Shown: positions 1 through 9,678 of the stretch, in pieces
Position numbering within the stretch: the first letter of the stretch is position 1
How the letters are laid out: each line of letters starts with the position of its first letter
DNA from: Bifidobacteriaceae bacterium
GTDB taxonomy: Bacteria > Actinomycetota > Actinomycetes > Actinomycetales > Bifidobacteriaceae
NCBI GenBank assembly: GCA_029227215.1
Contig: JAQXZM010000029.1
Location: 1 to 61,791 of the forward strand
Reading direction: 5' to 3'
Length of the DNA stretch: 61,791 nt
The notes under the pieces: model-generated
What the model saw: the letters and a program-made list of their open reading frames with translations, nothing else
Told to the model about the DNA's origin: nothing
Database searches by the model: none
Position numbers and translations under genes: made by a program

Positions 1-121
1 GGATGATTATCGTCCCTGAATCCAATCGCTCGAAAGGCACCGGCATGCGGTCCTCGCGGCACCACTGCCACACCGTCTGCACGTTGAAGCCTTCGCGCTT
101 CGCCCAATCGCTTACTCGCAT
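1..121 (-). mobile_element. tnpA: IS607-family transposase TnpA (serine recombinase), 5' part; runs off the window
   Basis: Not in ORF track. Manual translation from ATG at 121 gives MRVSDWAKREGFNVQTVWQWCREDRMPVPFERLDSGTIII, resembling the N-terminal MerR-like HTH of IS607/IS1535 TnpA. Confidence 0.8.
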
Positions 122-127
122 GACTCA

Positions 128-157
128 ATCATAACACACGAAAACAAACAGAATCAA
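128..157 (-). promoter_or_regulatory. Promoter in the IS607 left end, probably giving a leaderless tnpA mRNA
   Basis: Minus strand TTGATT-18 nt-(TGt)TATGAT, then 6 nt to ATG, no SD. Confidence 0.55.
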
Positions 158-160
158 GCA

Positions 161-760
161 TTACAGGTAGCCTATAAACGCCCCTCCAGGCAACATCGAC
201 CGGCGCCCCGCTAAATGAACGTTGTGCGCCTTTGCATTGACAATTGCTTCCGACAGCCGACCAACAACGGAGCTCGCCTTCACATGTTCTCCTCGATTGC
301 CTTGTGTTACGCCCAGACGCTGGGCGAGAATCTGAGCATCTCTTGTGCGCCGTATTGAAGCCGGGTACTGTTCAACATGATCGATGATCCACACCTCGAA
401 GCAGGGATTGGAGATGATCAGTTTGAAACGTGAATCAGGAAGCGCATTGGTCGCCACTCGGTGATCATGGAAATCATCTACATCAGTAACAATCGCAATG
501 AACTCAAACGTATCCATGCCATCAGCTATGCACAACCGATCTTCGGATACAACAATCTTCCTTGCTTCGTTAACGAGACCTTGCGGGGACCCTACAACCG
601 ACTTGACCGTGAGCGGCCATCGCTTCTCTTTGCAAGGAATCCTGAAGTATTCGGGTTCGGTAACTTCGCCACCGCATACAAGAAGCGCCCTCTTCCTGCG
701 GCTCCTGCGGCCATGCAGGCGCCGGGCATTCCGCCCTCGTTTGAGATTCTGCCGCGACAT
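161..760 (-). CDS. RloB-family protein (AbiLii-like), C-terminus possibly replaced by the IS end
   Basis: VCGGEVTEPEYF, VTDVD and SNPCFEVW motifs typical of RloB; directly downstream of an AAA_21 ATPase. Confidence 0.8.
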   Translation of the reverse strand: MSRQNLKRGRNARRLHGRRSRRKRALLVCGGEVTEPEYFRIPCKEKRWPLTVKSVVGSPQGLVNEARKIVVSEDRLCIADGMDTFEFIAIVTDVDDFHDHRVATNALPDSRFKLIISNPCFEVWIIDHVEQYPASIRRTRDAQILAQRLGVTQGNRGEHVKASSVVGRLSEAIVNAKAHNVHLAGRRSMLPGGAFIGYL

Positions 761-762
761 CG

Positions 763-1971
763 CTAATCCTCCATCATCCGGGCGAATTCATAATGGAACG
801 CAGGAAGCGGAATAGCACCATAGACACCATTCAGATAGTTGCGAGCGACATTCTCACCGCGCCGCACATGCATATCGGTGACCGGGTACACCTCAGAAGC
901 ACCCTGTTTGTCTTTCTCCACCAGCCATATCTCATCGGGATCAAGCAACTTGTCGTCTCCGCTGGCCAACAACATCAACGTTGCATCATGAGTGGTGAAA
1001 ATCAGTTGTGAATCGTGAGGATTGGTCAGAGGATCGGTGTACAGCCGCACAAATTCCCTCACCAAGGCAGGATGCAGACTTGAATCAATTTCATCCACCA
1101 AAGTCACCGTAGGCCGAGACAGGGCCTGTAATGCGAGTGCCAGGTACGACAGGGCCGCAAGAGTTCCTCGGGATTCATCACAAGCTGGCAGATAGGCGCT
1201 CTCTTGACCCGTGTGACGAAACATCAATTGCTTCCCAGACTCCACCGAATAGTTTGCCTGAATATCATCGATTCCTAGGTCTGCCAAGCTCGCCAGTTTC
1301 AGCAGCCTTGTAGAGTCCTGTGTTCGCTGATCAAACTGCTGTAGCATCGCCGGCTGGTCTTGCACGAACACAAGAGCGTCGCGGTAATTAACAGATTGGA
1401 AGAAATCATAGACAGGCTTTGTTTGCTCTAGACCAATCACGCCAGACGCGCTGAGCGCAAGAGCATTAGGACGCTTCTTCACAACCTGTGCAAGGAATTC
1501 GCCTTCATCCACGCGCAACGCTGGGCCAAGCCTCACGCCATGCACATCGCGTTCAAACAACAAAGACGCCCGTGGCGACGCTCCCCCACCCTCACGTTTA
1601 CGGTGGAATGTCAACCTTTCCTCGACGATGCGCGCGCCATCATGAGAGAAGGAATACTCATACTGAATCCCATTGGATGCGATAAAAATACACAGATACT
1701 CAGTCGGCTGGACTCTGGTGTCTGAATCCAGGAGGAATGGCTGCCAGTCCAAAGCGGCATTGACATCTGCCTTGCTGTAACTCTTCACGACCATGGTGCA
1801 CAGTGCATGGAATGCCTCAAGAAGACTGCTCTTCCCCGACGCATTGGCACCATACACGGCAACGACCGGGCATTGACTCCCTTTCGCGCCGAAGCGCTTA
1901 TCTCGCGCCATGGAAAACGCTTGCTCGTCTCGGAAGCTCCGAAAATTACTAAAGCTGAAATCAATGAGCAC
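763..1971 (-). CDS. AAA_21/ABC-type ATPase (RloA/AbiLi-like)
   Basis: MLIDFSFSNFRSF start, Walker A GANASGKS, signature ESRGT, Walker B VDEID, H-loop FTTH, C-terminal YLNGVYGAIP. Confidence 0.85.
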   Translation of the reverse strand: MLIDFSFSNFRSFRDEQAFSMARDKRFGAKGSQCPVVAVYGANASGKSSLLEAFHALCTMVVKSYSKADVNAALDWQPFLLDSDTRVQPTEYLCIFIASNGIQYEYSFSHDGARIVEERLTFHRKREGGGASPRASLLFERDVHGVRLGPALRVDEGEFLAQVVKKRPNALALSASGVIGLEQTKPVYDFFQSVNYRDALVFVQDQPAMLQQFDQRTQDSTRLLKLASLADLGIDDIQANYSVESGKQLMFRHTGQESAYLPACDESRGTLAALSYLALALQALSRPTVTLVDEIDSSLHPALVREFVRLYTDPLTNPHDSQLIFTTHDATLMLLASGDDKLLDPDEIWLVEKDKQGASEVYPVTDMHVRRGENVARNYLNGVYGAIPLPAFHYEFARMMED

Positions 1972-3691
1972 CTCGCACCTCCAAACCGCCTTGTTTCATT
2001 CTAATTTTCGCAGATTTTTGCAAAAATCGCCATCTGATATCGCCCAACGCGGAGCCTTCCCATAGCACAATGCAAAGGATGCAAGAGCGGTGAGAGCGGC
2101 AAACGATTGCCGAAGCTCCTGGCAGCCAGCATCCACACTCTCCGACCCGTGTCTTGGCTATCAATTTCCGACCTAAGGTCTCACAGATCCGATGGACAAT
2201 CAATGGAGGGAGGGCTGATGAAGGATGTATGGCATCACCCACAGATGCTTGCGTGTTCCGTGCGCGTGGCGGCGTGCACGAAACGATTGTGGAAAAACAA
2301 CGGTTCTTGTCTCCACCGATGGTGTCGATGGTCTTGGTCTTCTCAGCCTTGGCGTGTTTGCTGTTGCCGGAGTAGTGGAGGGTGACGCGCGTGCCGGTCA
2401 GCGTGTCACGGTGCCCGCCCTGGTCGGGCGTGCTGGTGAGGGTGAGCGTGTCGGACACCGCGTCCTTGTTGCCGTCCGTCACCCACTTCCTGTCAGCGGA
2501 ATCCTTGTGGGGCGCGGTCGCCTGGGTGGCGGTGTCCAGCGTGTAGTGCATGACCCACACCTCGCCCATCTCCGTCGCCTGGCAGGTGTTCGTCTGCCCG
2601 GCGACCAGGCCCTGGGCGGCGCACGCCCTCTGGCTCGCGGCCGCGCTCATGTTCTTCTGCTGGGGCACGTCCGTGTCGAACCAGTACGCGCCCGCCTCCC
2701 ACTGGGCCATGCCCAGGTCGGACGGCGTGAACTGCGGCGACTGCGTGGTGGCGGCTGCGTTCGCCGTGCCGCTCACCGCCAGCGTCACCTGCTTGCCCAC
2801 GGCGCAATGGTCGGCGTCGCAATGGTCGGTGTTGCGGCGGGCTCCCACATAGGTGAGCCACACCGTGCCCGTCACCGAGCCGTCCTGGTTGTCATGGTCG
2901 GGCTTCGTCGTGATGGCATCCGACACCCCCGCCGTGCCACCCGTCAGGTCCGCGGGCTTGTTCGCCTGCGTCGAAACGCTCAGGTTGTACTTCGACTCGC
3001 CCTTCGGCTCGGACTGGTCCACCGCGATGAGGATGGCGAGCGTGTGCGCACCGCCGTTGCTGTTCAGATGCGCCTGGTTGTATTGCTCGCGGGCGAGCGA
3101 GTCCACGCTACGGCTAGGGTTGTCGGAGAACGCATCATAGGTCTTGTACCCCTGGCCATTGTTGTAATACGTCTTTCCTTGCGTCTCGAGGCGCCATGCG
3201 GTCGCCCAGTCGCTCTCATTGCCGTCACCGCCCGCATTGTAGAAGTGATAAGGGGTCTTCGCGTCAGGGGGCGTGGTGCTCACGCCCACGCCCACCAGAC
3301 GGCAGTTCGACTGCCCCTCCCGGTCGGGATGGTGGGCGTCGAAGCGCGCGGAGCAGTCGGCGTTCAGCTGGTTGAGCTGCTGCTGCACCAGGTCCAGTGC
3401 GCCGCCGTCGATGGTGTAGTTGATGTTCCTTGAGTCGAGTGCCTTCTTGAAGGCGTTGAGGTCGTTCGCTTTGCCCCAGCCGCCGTCGTTGTTGTCATGG
3501 TACATGAAGCCAAGCCAGTTGCCATCGATGGTGACACCGCCGTTGCTGACGACGCTCTTGTCATCGCCGTCGGCCAGTGCGAACACCGCGCCGCCTGCGA
3601 GGGCGGCAAGTGCGGTGACGGTCGCGATGGCTTTCCTTGTTCCCGTGTGCAGCCCGCCCACAGCGTGCCTCGCCTTTCCAAATAAGGACAT
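1961..3691 (-). pseudogene. Secreted/cell-surface repeat protein, truncated at ~2305 with read-through into unrelated DNA
   Basis: Signal peptide (RKAIATVTALAALAGGAVFALA); two related domains starting YxLxxxTQA...VSDxxT; the second breaks off after KTKTIDTIGGDK, where GC and codon style change; no LPxTG/TM anchor. Confidence 0.6.
2013..2028. promoter_or_regulatory. Perfect 16-bp palindrome upstream of the ATPase (candidate operator)
   Basis: GATTTTTGCAAAAATC, ~40 bp upstream of the GTG start. Confidence 0.35.
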
Positions 3692-3803
3692 GAGTGAATG
3701 CTCCTGTCTCTTGCAGTCGGATGTATCTCACCCGCTAAGGACGGTATGCAGCTCGCAGACGAAGGTTGGTTCGCCAAGATAGAGAGGAAGACAGGGACAC
3801 ATG

Positions 3804-3830
3804 AAAAAGCCCCGCCGCAAGAGGCGGAGC
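3804..3830 (-). terminator. Intrinsic terminator of the 3859-5190 gene
   Basis: Minus strand GCTCCGCC-tcttgc-GGCGGGGC followed by TTTTT. Confidence 0.7.
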
Positions 3831-3858
3831 TAAGGAAACACATCATGGACAGGAGGAA

Positions 3859-5190
3859 TCAGCCTTCGTTGTGGTTGTAGCCGTCATAGGTGCCGCAACT
3901 GGTCGTGACACCTATCTTCCCTGCATTGGGGTCATTACAACCGCCATTCGTAGATGTCGTGTCGAAGTACGTGTTGCCTATCTTGATGTACCCCCTGCCG
4001 TTAATCGACCCGGAGCTGGACGAGCCGCTGCCCGAACCCGAACTCGTCGCACCCGTGCTTCCGCTGCCCACGCTGCCTGCGCTGGTCGTCTTCCTGCTCG
4101 TCGTGCCGCTCGTCGTGCCCGTGCTCCTGTTCGTGCCGTAGCTCCTGCTCGCGCCCGTGCTCTTCTGCGCCTGCGCAGCGGCAGCCGCGGCGGCAGCCTG
4201 TTGCTCGGCCTGCTGCTGGCTCGCCAGGCACGCCGCCGACGCACTGTAGATGGCGTTGGCCGCGCTCGACATCGCATCCGCGTCCGCGCCCGCGTCATAC
4301 GCCGCCTGCCCTGCGTCCAACGCCTGGGTGAGCGTCACCCGGGTCGCAGGGTCAGCCACCTTCCCGTTCGTAGAGTCAAGCACGCTGTGCCCATCCGCCA
4401 GCTGGCCTTGGAGCGTGTCCTTCGCCTGCCTCAGGGTGAGCGCGTCACGGCTGCCCGTCACCGCGCTCGCCGCGGCCGACAGGGCGTCGGTCGCCTTGCC
4501 CCACTGGGAGGCGGAGGACTCCCAGGCGGCGGTCACGCGCGCCACGCCGTCCGCGTCCTGCACCGCCGCGCAGTCCACGGGCGTCGCCACGCCGGGCTTC
4601 GAAGCCTTCGCCAGCGCATCCACCGTGCCCGCGTCCGCCACCTGGCCGGCCGTGACGGCGAGCGCGTCCTTCGCGCCCGCCAGCGCATCCTCGAACGCCT
4701 TGTGCGCATCCTGCGCCTTGCCCTGCGCATCCTGGCAGGCGGAACGCGCAGAACCATCCACAACCGCTGGCGCGGCGCCAGCCGCGCCAGACCCGTCGAT
4801 CCCACGCCCACGCACCATGAGCACACCCGCCACCACGAGCACTACCACCAATACAGCAGCGCACATGGCGACAACGGACCACTTACGCTTCTGTGACGCG
4901 GCAACAGCGGCGCCGCTCCCCTCGTCCTGGCTTACGCTCTCCGTATTGCGAATCTCACCCCTCACACTCTGCTCCACATCGCCATCATGCATTCCATCGA
5001 CTTGCATGCCGCCCTTGTGTACCTCGCCGCTATACGCACCGCCATGCATATAGGTGTCTGTCGAGCTATCCGCATCGGCCCTATCCTCGGCTTCGGAACC
5101 AGAAACAGAAATCGCCTCCCCATCTACTGGAGCATCAAGCACCTCATCATCCTGTCGATTACCCACAGAATCACCCTGAGAAACACTCAT
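3859..5190 (-). CDS. Membrane-anchored secreted Ala-rich coiled-coil protein
   Basis: Acidic N-tail, KRK plus one TM helix, Ala-rich helical repeats (QVADAGTV / KVADPATR), S/G/T linker, Cys pair at the C-terminus; GAGG SD before ATG 5190. Confidence 0.75.
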   Translation of the reverse strand: MSVSQGDSVGNRQDDEVLDAPVDGEAISVSGSEAEDRADADSSTDTYMHGGAYSGEVHKGGMQVDGMHDGDVEQSVRGEIRNTESVSQDEGSGAAVAASQKRKWSVVAMCAAVLVVVLVVAGVLMVRGRGIDGSGAAGAAPAVVDGSARSACQDAQGKAQDAHKAFEDALAGAKDALAVTAGQVADAGTVDALAKASKPGVATPVDCAAVQDADGVARVTAAWESSASQWGKATDALSAAASAVTGSRDALTLRQAKDTLQGQLADGHSVLDSTNGKVADPATRVTLTQALDAGQAAYDAGADADAMSSAANAIYSASAACLASQQQAEQQAAAAAAAAQAQKSTGASRSYGTNRSTGTTSGTTSRKTTSAGSVGSGSTGATSSGSGSGSSSSGSINGRGYIKIGNTYFDTTSTNGGCNDPNAGKIGVTTSCGTYDGYNHNEG

Positions 5191-5564
5191 CACTACCTCT
5201 CTCTCCTTCTGGAAGACCTCGGGTTAGGACGCCCTAGGATAATCCACATAAAGCACCCCGTACCGCATCCCGATACCGCGGACTACATGGCAATGATCCC
5301 ACATTCACCAGGAATCACAAAACCACTCAATCACAACCGATTCACCAACAGAAGCGCCCACTAGCAAATATCTCGCACAGCATTTCCGGCACAGCGCGCC
5401 CAACGCAGCCCAGTATCGCGCGACCTTCTCACGCTCGGCCCCATCAAGCATCACAGCAACACATGGCGATCGCCGTGGCCGCTGCGCTGTCCGCGCTCGA
5501 TCAGAATCACACGAGGTCATCGCCAATACGGATCTCGCCACAGATCTCGCCACACGCCTCGTGA

Positions 5565-5714
5565 TGTTTCACGTGAAACGTCTTCAGCAATTCATGTCGA
5601 AACAATGTTTAACGTTAAACAAAATCCACCACATTCACCAGCCCCATTCACCAGATTGATGTTTCACGTGAAACATTGCAACAGGCCAGCCCAGCCGATG
5701 TTTCACGTGAAACA
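5565..5714. promoter_or_regulatory. parS: parS cluster (ParB loading sites)
   Basis: TGTTTCACGTGAAACG 5565-5580, TGTTTAACGTTAAACA 5606-5621, perfect TGTTTCACGTGAAACA at 5660-5675 and 5699-5714. Confidence 0.92.
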
Positions 5715-5881
5715 TCACAGCGAGCGCCACAGGACCCGCACGTCCGCACGATGCGTCCATGACAGTCAGCAAAGTCAGCGCGTCGAAAGCAGCGACCGAG
5801 ATGCACAGTGTACCCAAGACAGTGCACGCAGACGTAACCGTGTGTGCCAGACCGACAACACCACGGCCCCGCCTCCTGCGC

Positions 5882-6577
5882 CTATTCGATGTACGTCACA
5901 TGCTCCAGCTCATAAGGCGGCTTGAGATCACCGTTCTCATCGGTCAAGCCGATCTCGCGCGCGTGCGCCATCGCGCCTTCATACGTGGTCATGGCCTCAA
6001 TCTCTTCAGGGGTGTTGAAATTCGGGTCGTCGGAGTTCATCGCATTGCCCACCTCGTTCGACCACTGCCAGTCCTCCTCGTCGTCGTACATCACAAGGTC
6101 CCAACCGAAGTGGATGAGCCACTGATGGCCTTTGCCTTCCCCAGAGGGGCGGCGCACGACCCAATACTCGCCCAGCGCCTTCTTCGGCGTCGCAGCGTTA
6201 TCCGACTCGCCGAAATCGCTGGAATCATCGAAATTGTCATAATCATCATTCAGGTCCTCGGGATGCTCCACGGGCACAATCGTGTAACCCGGCCTCAGAC
6301 GCATGCAATCCATATGCTCAGGCACTTCATTCCAGGCATCATCGCCGAGATCGTTCATGATAGCCGCGCCAAGGGCATCATCCTCATCGTCATACACAGA
6401 CGCGAGGTTCGCATCGTCCGTCTCCTCCATCGGTATGTCCGCGTCTTCCTGCCACAGAGATATGCCATCGGAGTCACGGCGAATCGCATAGTACACGGGC
6501 ACTTCAACGTGCTCATCGCGATACTTGCGAGCATTCTCGCTGCACGACTCCACGGTCTCAATAATCTTGGTGGTCAT
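5882..6577 (-). CDS. Highly acidic hypothetical protein
   Basis: GAAAGGA SD before ATG 6577 (MTTKII); D/E-rich with scattered Trp/Tyr; no recognised domain. Confidence 0.7.
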   Translation of the reverse strand: MTTKIIETVESCSENARKYRDEHVEVPVYYAIRRDSDGISLWQEDADIPMEETDDANLASVYDDEDDALGAAIMNDLGDDAWNEVPEHMDCMRLRPGYTIVPVEHPEDLNDDYDNFDDSSDFGESDNAATPKKALGEYWVVRRPSGEGKGHQWLIHFGWDLVMYDDEEDWQWSNEVGNAMNSDDPNFNTPEEIEAMTTYEGAMAHAREIGLTDENGDLKPPYELEHVTYIE

Positions 6578-6881
6578 GGCAATCCGTCCTTTCCATATCG
6601 GAGTGCGACCGATCGGCCAATCCGATCCCATCGCTGGCCAGCCACGGCGACTGGCCATATTGCCCGGCAGCCTGGTCTCCTCGCGGAGTCTTCAACTGCC
6701 TACACCCAATACCACGAGACAATCAATCCCTTTGTCATGCGGTCCTGCAATCTCTTCATCAGAAAGCGGCTTAATCACAGGCCTCCCGCGGCGTGTCGTC
6801 CATCACGGGAGCCATAGCGCGGGTCAGAGATGAAGCCACGCAACGCGGGTAACCCTCCGTGCCCCTTTCCCACACACAGGT

Positions 6882-7190
6882 TCAGACGAGTTTCAGTTGC
6901 CGCCCATCGGGAAGAGATGCAGTCACCTCCAACGTTGCACCGATGCCTTGAAGATAACGTTCAAGAGTACGAATCTCGATATGTTCCAAACTGCTCGATT
7001 CCAGAATGGAAATCCTCTTCTGACTGACGTTGATGTTTTCCGCAAGCTGTTGCTGTGTGACATGGCAGGCTCTGCGTGCTTCACGCAATTCGGAACGACG
7101 CATGCCAGCGAGCAGCTGCTCCTTAACCTCGTCGACCTCTTGCCGCGAGATGCCGCTATCTTCCCGAAACTGTTCAACCGAATACATCAT
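6882..7190 (-). CDS. XRE/HTH antitoxin (HigA-like)
   Basis: LREARRACHVTQQQLAENINVSQKRISILE HTH; directly downstream of the toxin; GAAGGA SD. Confidence 0.85.
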   Translation of the reverse strand: MMYSVEQFREDSGISRQEVDEVKEQLLAGMRRSELREARRACHVTQQQLAENINVSQKRISILESSSLEHIEIRTLERYLQGIGATLEVTASLPDGRQLKLV

Positions 7191-7211
7191 GCCTATCCTT
7201 CCAATACCCAA

Positions 7212-7562
7212 TTACCGATAGTGCTTTTCAAGCCAACGAACATATCGACTTTCAGCCACCGGAATTACTTGCTTATACCATGCGTCCCAGCGGCCACGCT
7301 TGTCGCCTCCGATGAGCATGACAGCGTTTCTGCCCGGGTCGAAGCAGAACAGAATACGAATCTCGCTTCGTCCTGCCGAACCAGGGCGCAGTTCCTTCAT
7401 CGAGGGAACAAGCTTGGCTCCTGCGATTTTGCCAACCAGAGGTCTTCGAAGATTCGGTCCACGTTCCTCCAATATTTCAAAAGCAGCAAGCACAAGAACC
7501 TTCGACTTTCTGTCAAGCCGTCGAAGCCAGTCGGCGATAAGTTCGAGTTCTACATGCCACAT
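7212..7562 (-). CDS. RelE/ParE-superfamily toxin (Gp49/HigB-like)
   Basis: GPNLRRPLVGKI, MKELRPGSAGRSEIRILFCFDP and LIGGDK motifs; toxin-first gene order. Confidence 0.88.
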   Translation of the reverse strand: MWHVELELIADWLRRLDRKSKVLVLAAFEILEERGPNLRRPLVGKIAGAKLVPSMKELRPGSAGRSEIRILFCFDPGRNAVMLIGGDKRGRWDAWYKQVIPVAESRYVRWLEKHYR

Positions 7563-7568
7563 GACTAT

Positions 7569-7598
7569 AATATACCTTCTGTGGTATATCACAGTCAA
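7569..7598 (-). promoter_or_regulatory. TA promoter with overlapping palindromic operator; leaderless toxin mRNA likely
   Basis: TTGACT-18 nt-TATATT, 6 nt before ATG 7562; inverted repeat ATATACC-N6-GGTATAT at 7570-7589. Confidence 0.65.
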
Positions 7599-7680
7599 GC
7601 AGGACACACCCGCGGACGAATCTGACGAGAAACACTGAAGGACACCGCTCCAGAAGCACAGTTCCTATGCCGGAGCCACG

Positions 7681-8343
7681 CTAGCGCTTGTCGACGAGCA
7701 CCACGTGGGTGGATTCCAGACCAGGCGCCACAGGTGCCTCCACAACGCGAGGGTTGAGCCCGCCATGCTTGCGGATCTCCTTCGCCGCCTTATCGATCTC
7801 TGCCTGCGCGGAACGCCCCTTGAGCGCCACGAGACGGCCATGAGAACGCACCAACGGCAACGCCCAACCGGAAAGCTTCGTCATCGGCGCCACCGCGCGG
7901 CAGGTCACCACATCGAAGCCAGGGCGCACCGGCACTTCCTCGGCGCGCGCACGCAGCACGGTCACATTGCCCAGCCCCATCAGCTCCACGCACTCGTTGA
8001 GCCACTCTACGCGGCGTTCCATCGGCTCGATGAGGGTCACGGGGATACCCGGAATCATCGCAGCCACAATGAGCCCGGGGAAGCCGCCGCCGGAGCCAAT
8101 ATCGGCGATGGAGCCCTTCTTACGGTCCGCCAGGCGGTCTGCGCCCAAGGCTTCCTTGATGAACGGCACGATCGCCGCGCTGTTGAGGATATGGCGCTCC
8201 CAGATGATCGACACATCACGCGGGCCGATAAGGCCGCGCGGCTCCCCTTCTTCCTCGAGCTTGTGATGGAACAGCGTGAGTGGCTCCAGCGCATTGCCGA
8301 GCACGTTCGCAAGAACCGGGGATCCGTCGAGTTCGTCCGCCAT
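7681..8343 (-). CDS. rsmG: 16S rRNA m7G527 methyltransferase
   Basis: [28 protein letters not shown] motifs; GGAGGA SD before ATG 8343; synteny. Confidence 0.95.
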   Translation of the reverse strand: MADELDGSPVLANVLGNALEPLTLFHHKLEEEGEPRGLIGPRDVSIIWERHILNSAAIVPFIKEALGADRLADRKKGSIADIGSGGGFPGLIVAAMIPGIPVTLIEPMERRVEWLNECVELMGLGNVTVLRARAEEVPVRPGFDVVTCRAVAPMTKLSGWALPLVRSHGRLVALKGRSAQAEIDKAAKEIRKHGGLNPRVVEAPVAPGLESTHVVLVDKR

Positions 8344-8928
8344 GTACATCCTCCTGGGGCGGCATGCCTCGCCACGCAAGCTCTGAGCACGTTCCGCTAC
8401 ATCACGCCGCAGCATCGCGCTGCAGCATCCGCCGAGGGCACTTGACCTGCCACTTCATGTGCTGTAGGGACCGCTCCTGAGAAAGCTCCTGATGGAGCCG
8501 TGGTGGCATGCCGGTTTTGGGCATGAAAAAAGGGTTGCGCCTAGCATTATAGACTCACTAGACACAACCCCCGAGAAATCACAATTATTCACCCGGAAGG
8601 GCGCTGGAAAGATTCTGTAGAAGCAATCTTTCCAATTCCCAAGAATAGCACTTTTTCTCGCGACACACCGATTGTTCGAGAAATTAGAGGAACTTTTTTG
8701 GCTGTGCCCAGTTTCAAAAACGACGCATGACCAAAACTCTTCCATAACGCCTGAGATACCAACGTTTTTTCATGACTACCAAGAAGTAAGTTATCAGAAA
8801 TTCCTGCGGAAACGTGTCCATAATGTGAGATATTCGTGAACCTTACTGTTTCGTAATGTCGAAATCCTTACAGCGCTGCCGATTGTTCGATATATGTTCG
8901 ACACAGCACCGGGCGCTCTCCACAGACG

Positions 8929-8997
8929 CGAACTGGGGGTTGTGTACAGCATTTCGCGCCCATTCAGGCTCGAACACTGGCCACAACCCCCAGTCCG
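8929..8997. repeat. 69-bp palindromic element, family A, copy 1
   Basis: CGAACTGGGGGTTGTG...CACAACCCCCAGTCCG; same length and arms as copies at 11216, 35676, 35761, 57131, 57215. Confidence 0.75.
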
Positions 8998-9033
8998 CGG
9001 TATCAGACTGCGATATCAGGCCTGGCGGACCCG

Positions 9034-9678
9034 CTATTCAGCGTCCTCAGTGTCCTCTGCGCCATCAACGTCATCGGCGTCATCCTCCGCGTCGCGCACG
9101 TCAGGCTCGTCGGCAGGGCGCAGACCGGTGATGAACTCGCCATCGTCGTAGTTCTCATCCTCGTCGTCCTCATCATCCTCGGAGGACTGCGACTTGAGGT
9201 AGATCGTCACATAGCGCTGCGGCTCGGCGCCGTGGGAGCGCGAGCGCAGACCTTCCTCGCGCACGATGTCGTGCACGATCTTGCGTTCGAAGGAATTCAT
9301 CGCATCGAGGCTCACCGGCTCGCCGGTCTCGCGCACCTCGTCGATGGCATCGAGCACCTCCTCGCGGATGTGCTTGCGCTTGCGGGTCAGGAAGCCATCC
9401 ACGTCAAGAATGAGGCGCGACCGCTCCCCCGTGCGCTGCTGCACCGCCAAGCGCGTCAGCTGCTGCAGGGCGTTGACGACTTCGCCGTCCTTGCCAATCA
9501 GATGCTTGATGTCGGAATCGTCGTCCGCCACGATCTGCACCACGGGGCGCCCATTGCGGATGCCCATCTCGATGTCGCCTTCGTAGTCGACGATGTCCAA
9601 CAGTCCTTCCAGGTAATCGGCCGCAATGTCAGCCTCATCATTGAGCTGATCGACGGTCTTGTCCTCGTCCTCAGACAT
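9034..9678 (-). CDS. jag: Jag/KhpB (EloR) KH-R3H RNA-binding protein
   Basis: LIGKDG KH motif, MNSFERKIVH R3H motif; synteny. Confidence 0.93.
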   Translation of the reverse strand: MSEDEDKTVDQLNDEADIAADYLEGLLDIVDYEGDIEMGIRNGRPVVQIVADDDSDIKHLIGKDGEVVNALQQLTRLAVQQRTGERSRLILDVDGFLTRKRKHIREEVLDAIDEVRETGEPVSLDAMNSFERKIVHDIVREEGLRSRSHGAEPQRYVTIYLKSQSSEDDEDDEDENYDDGEFITGLRPADEPDVRDAEDDADDVDGAEDTEDAE

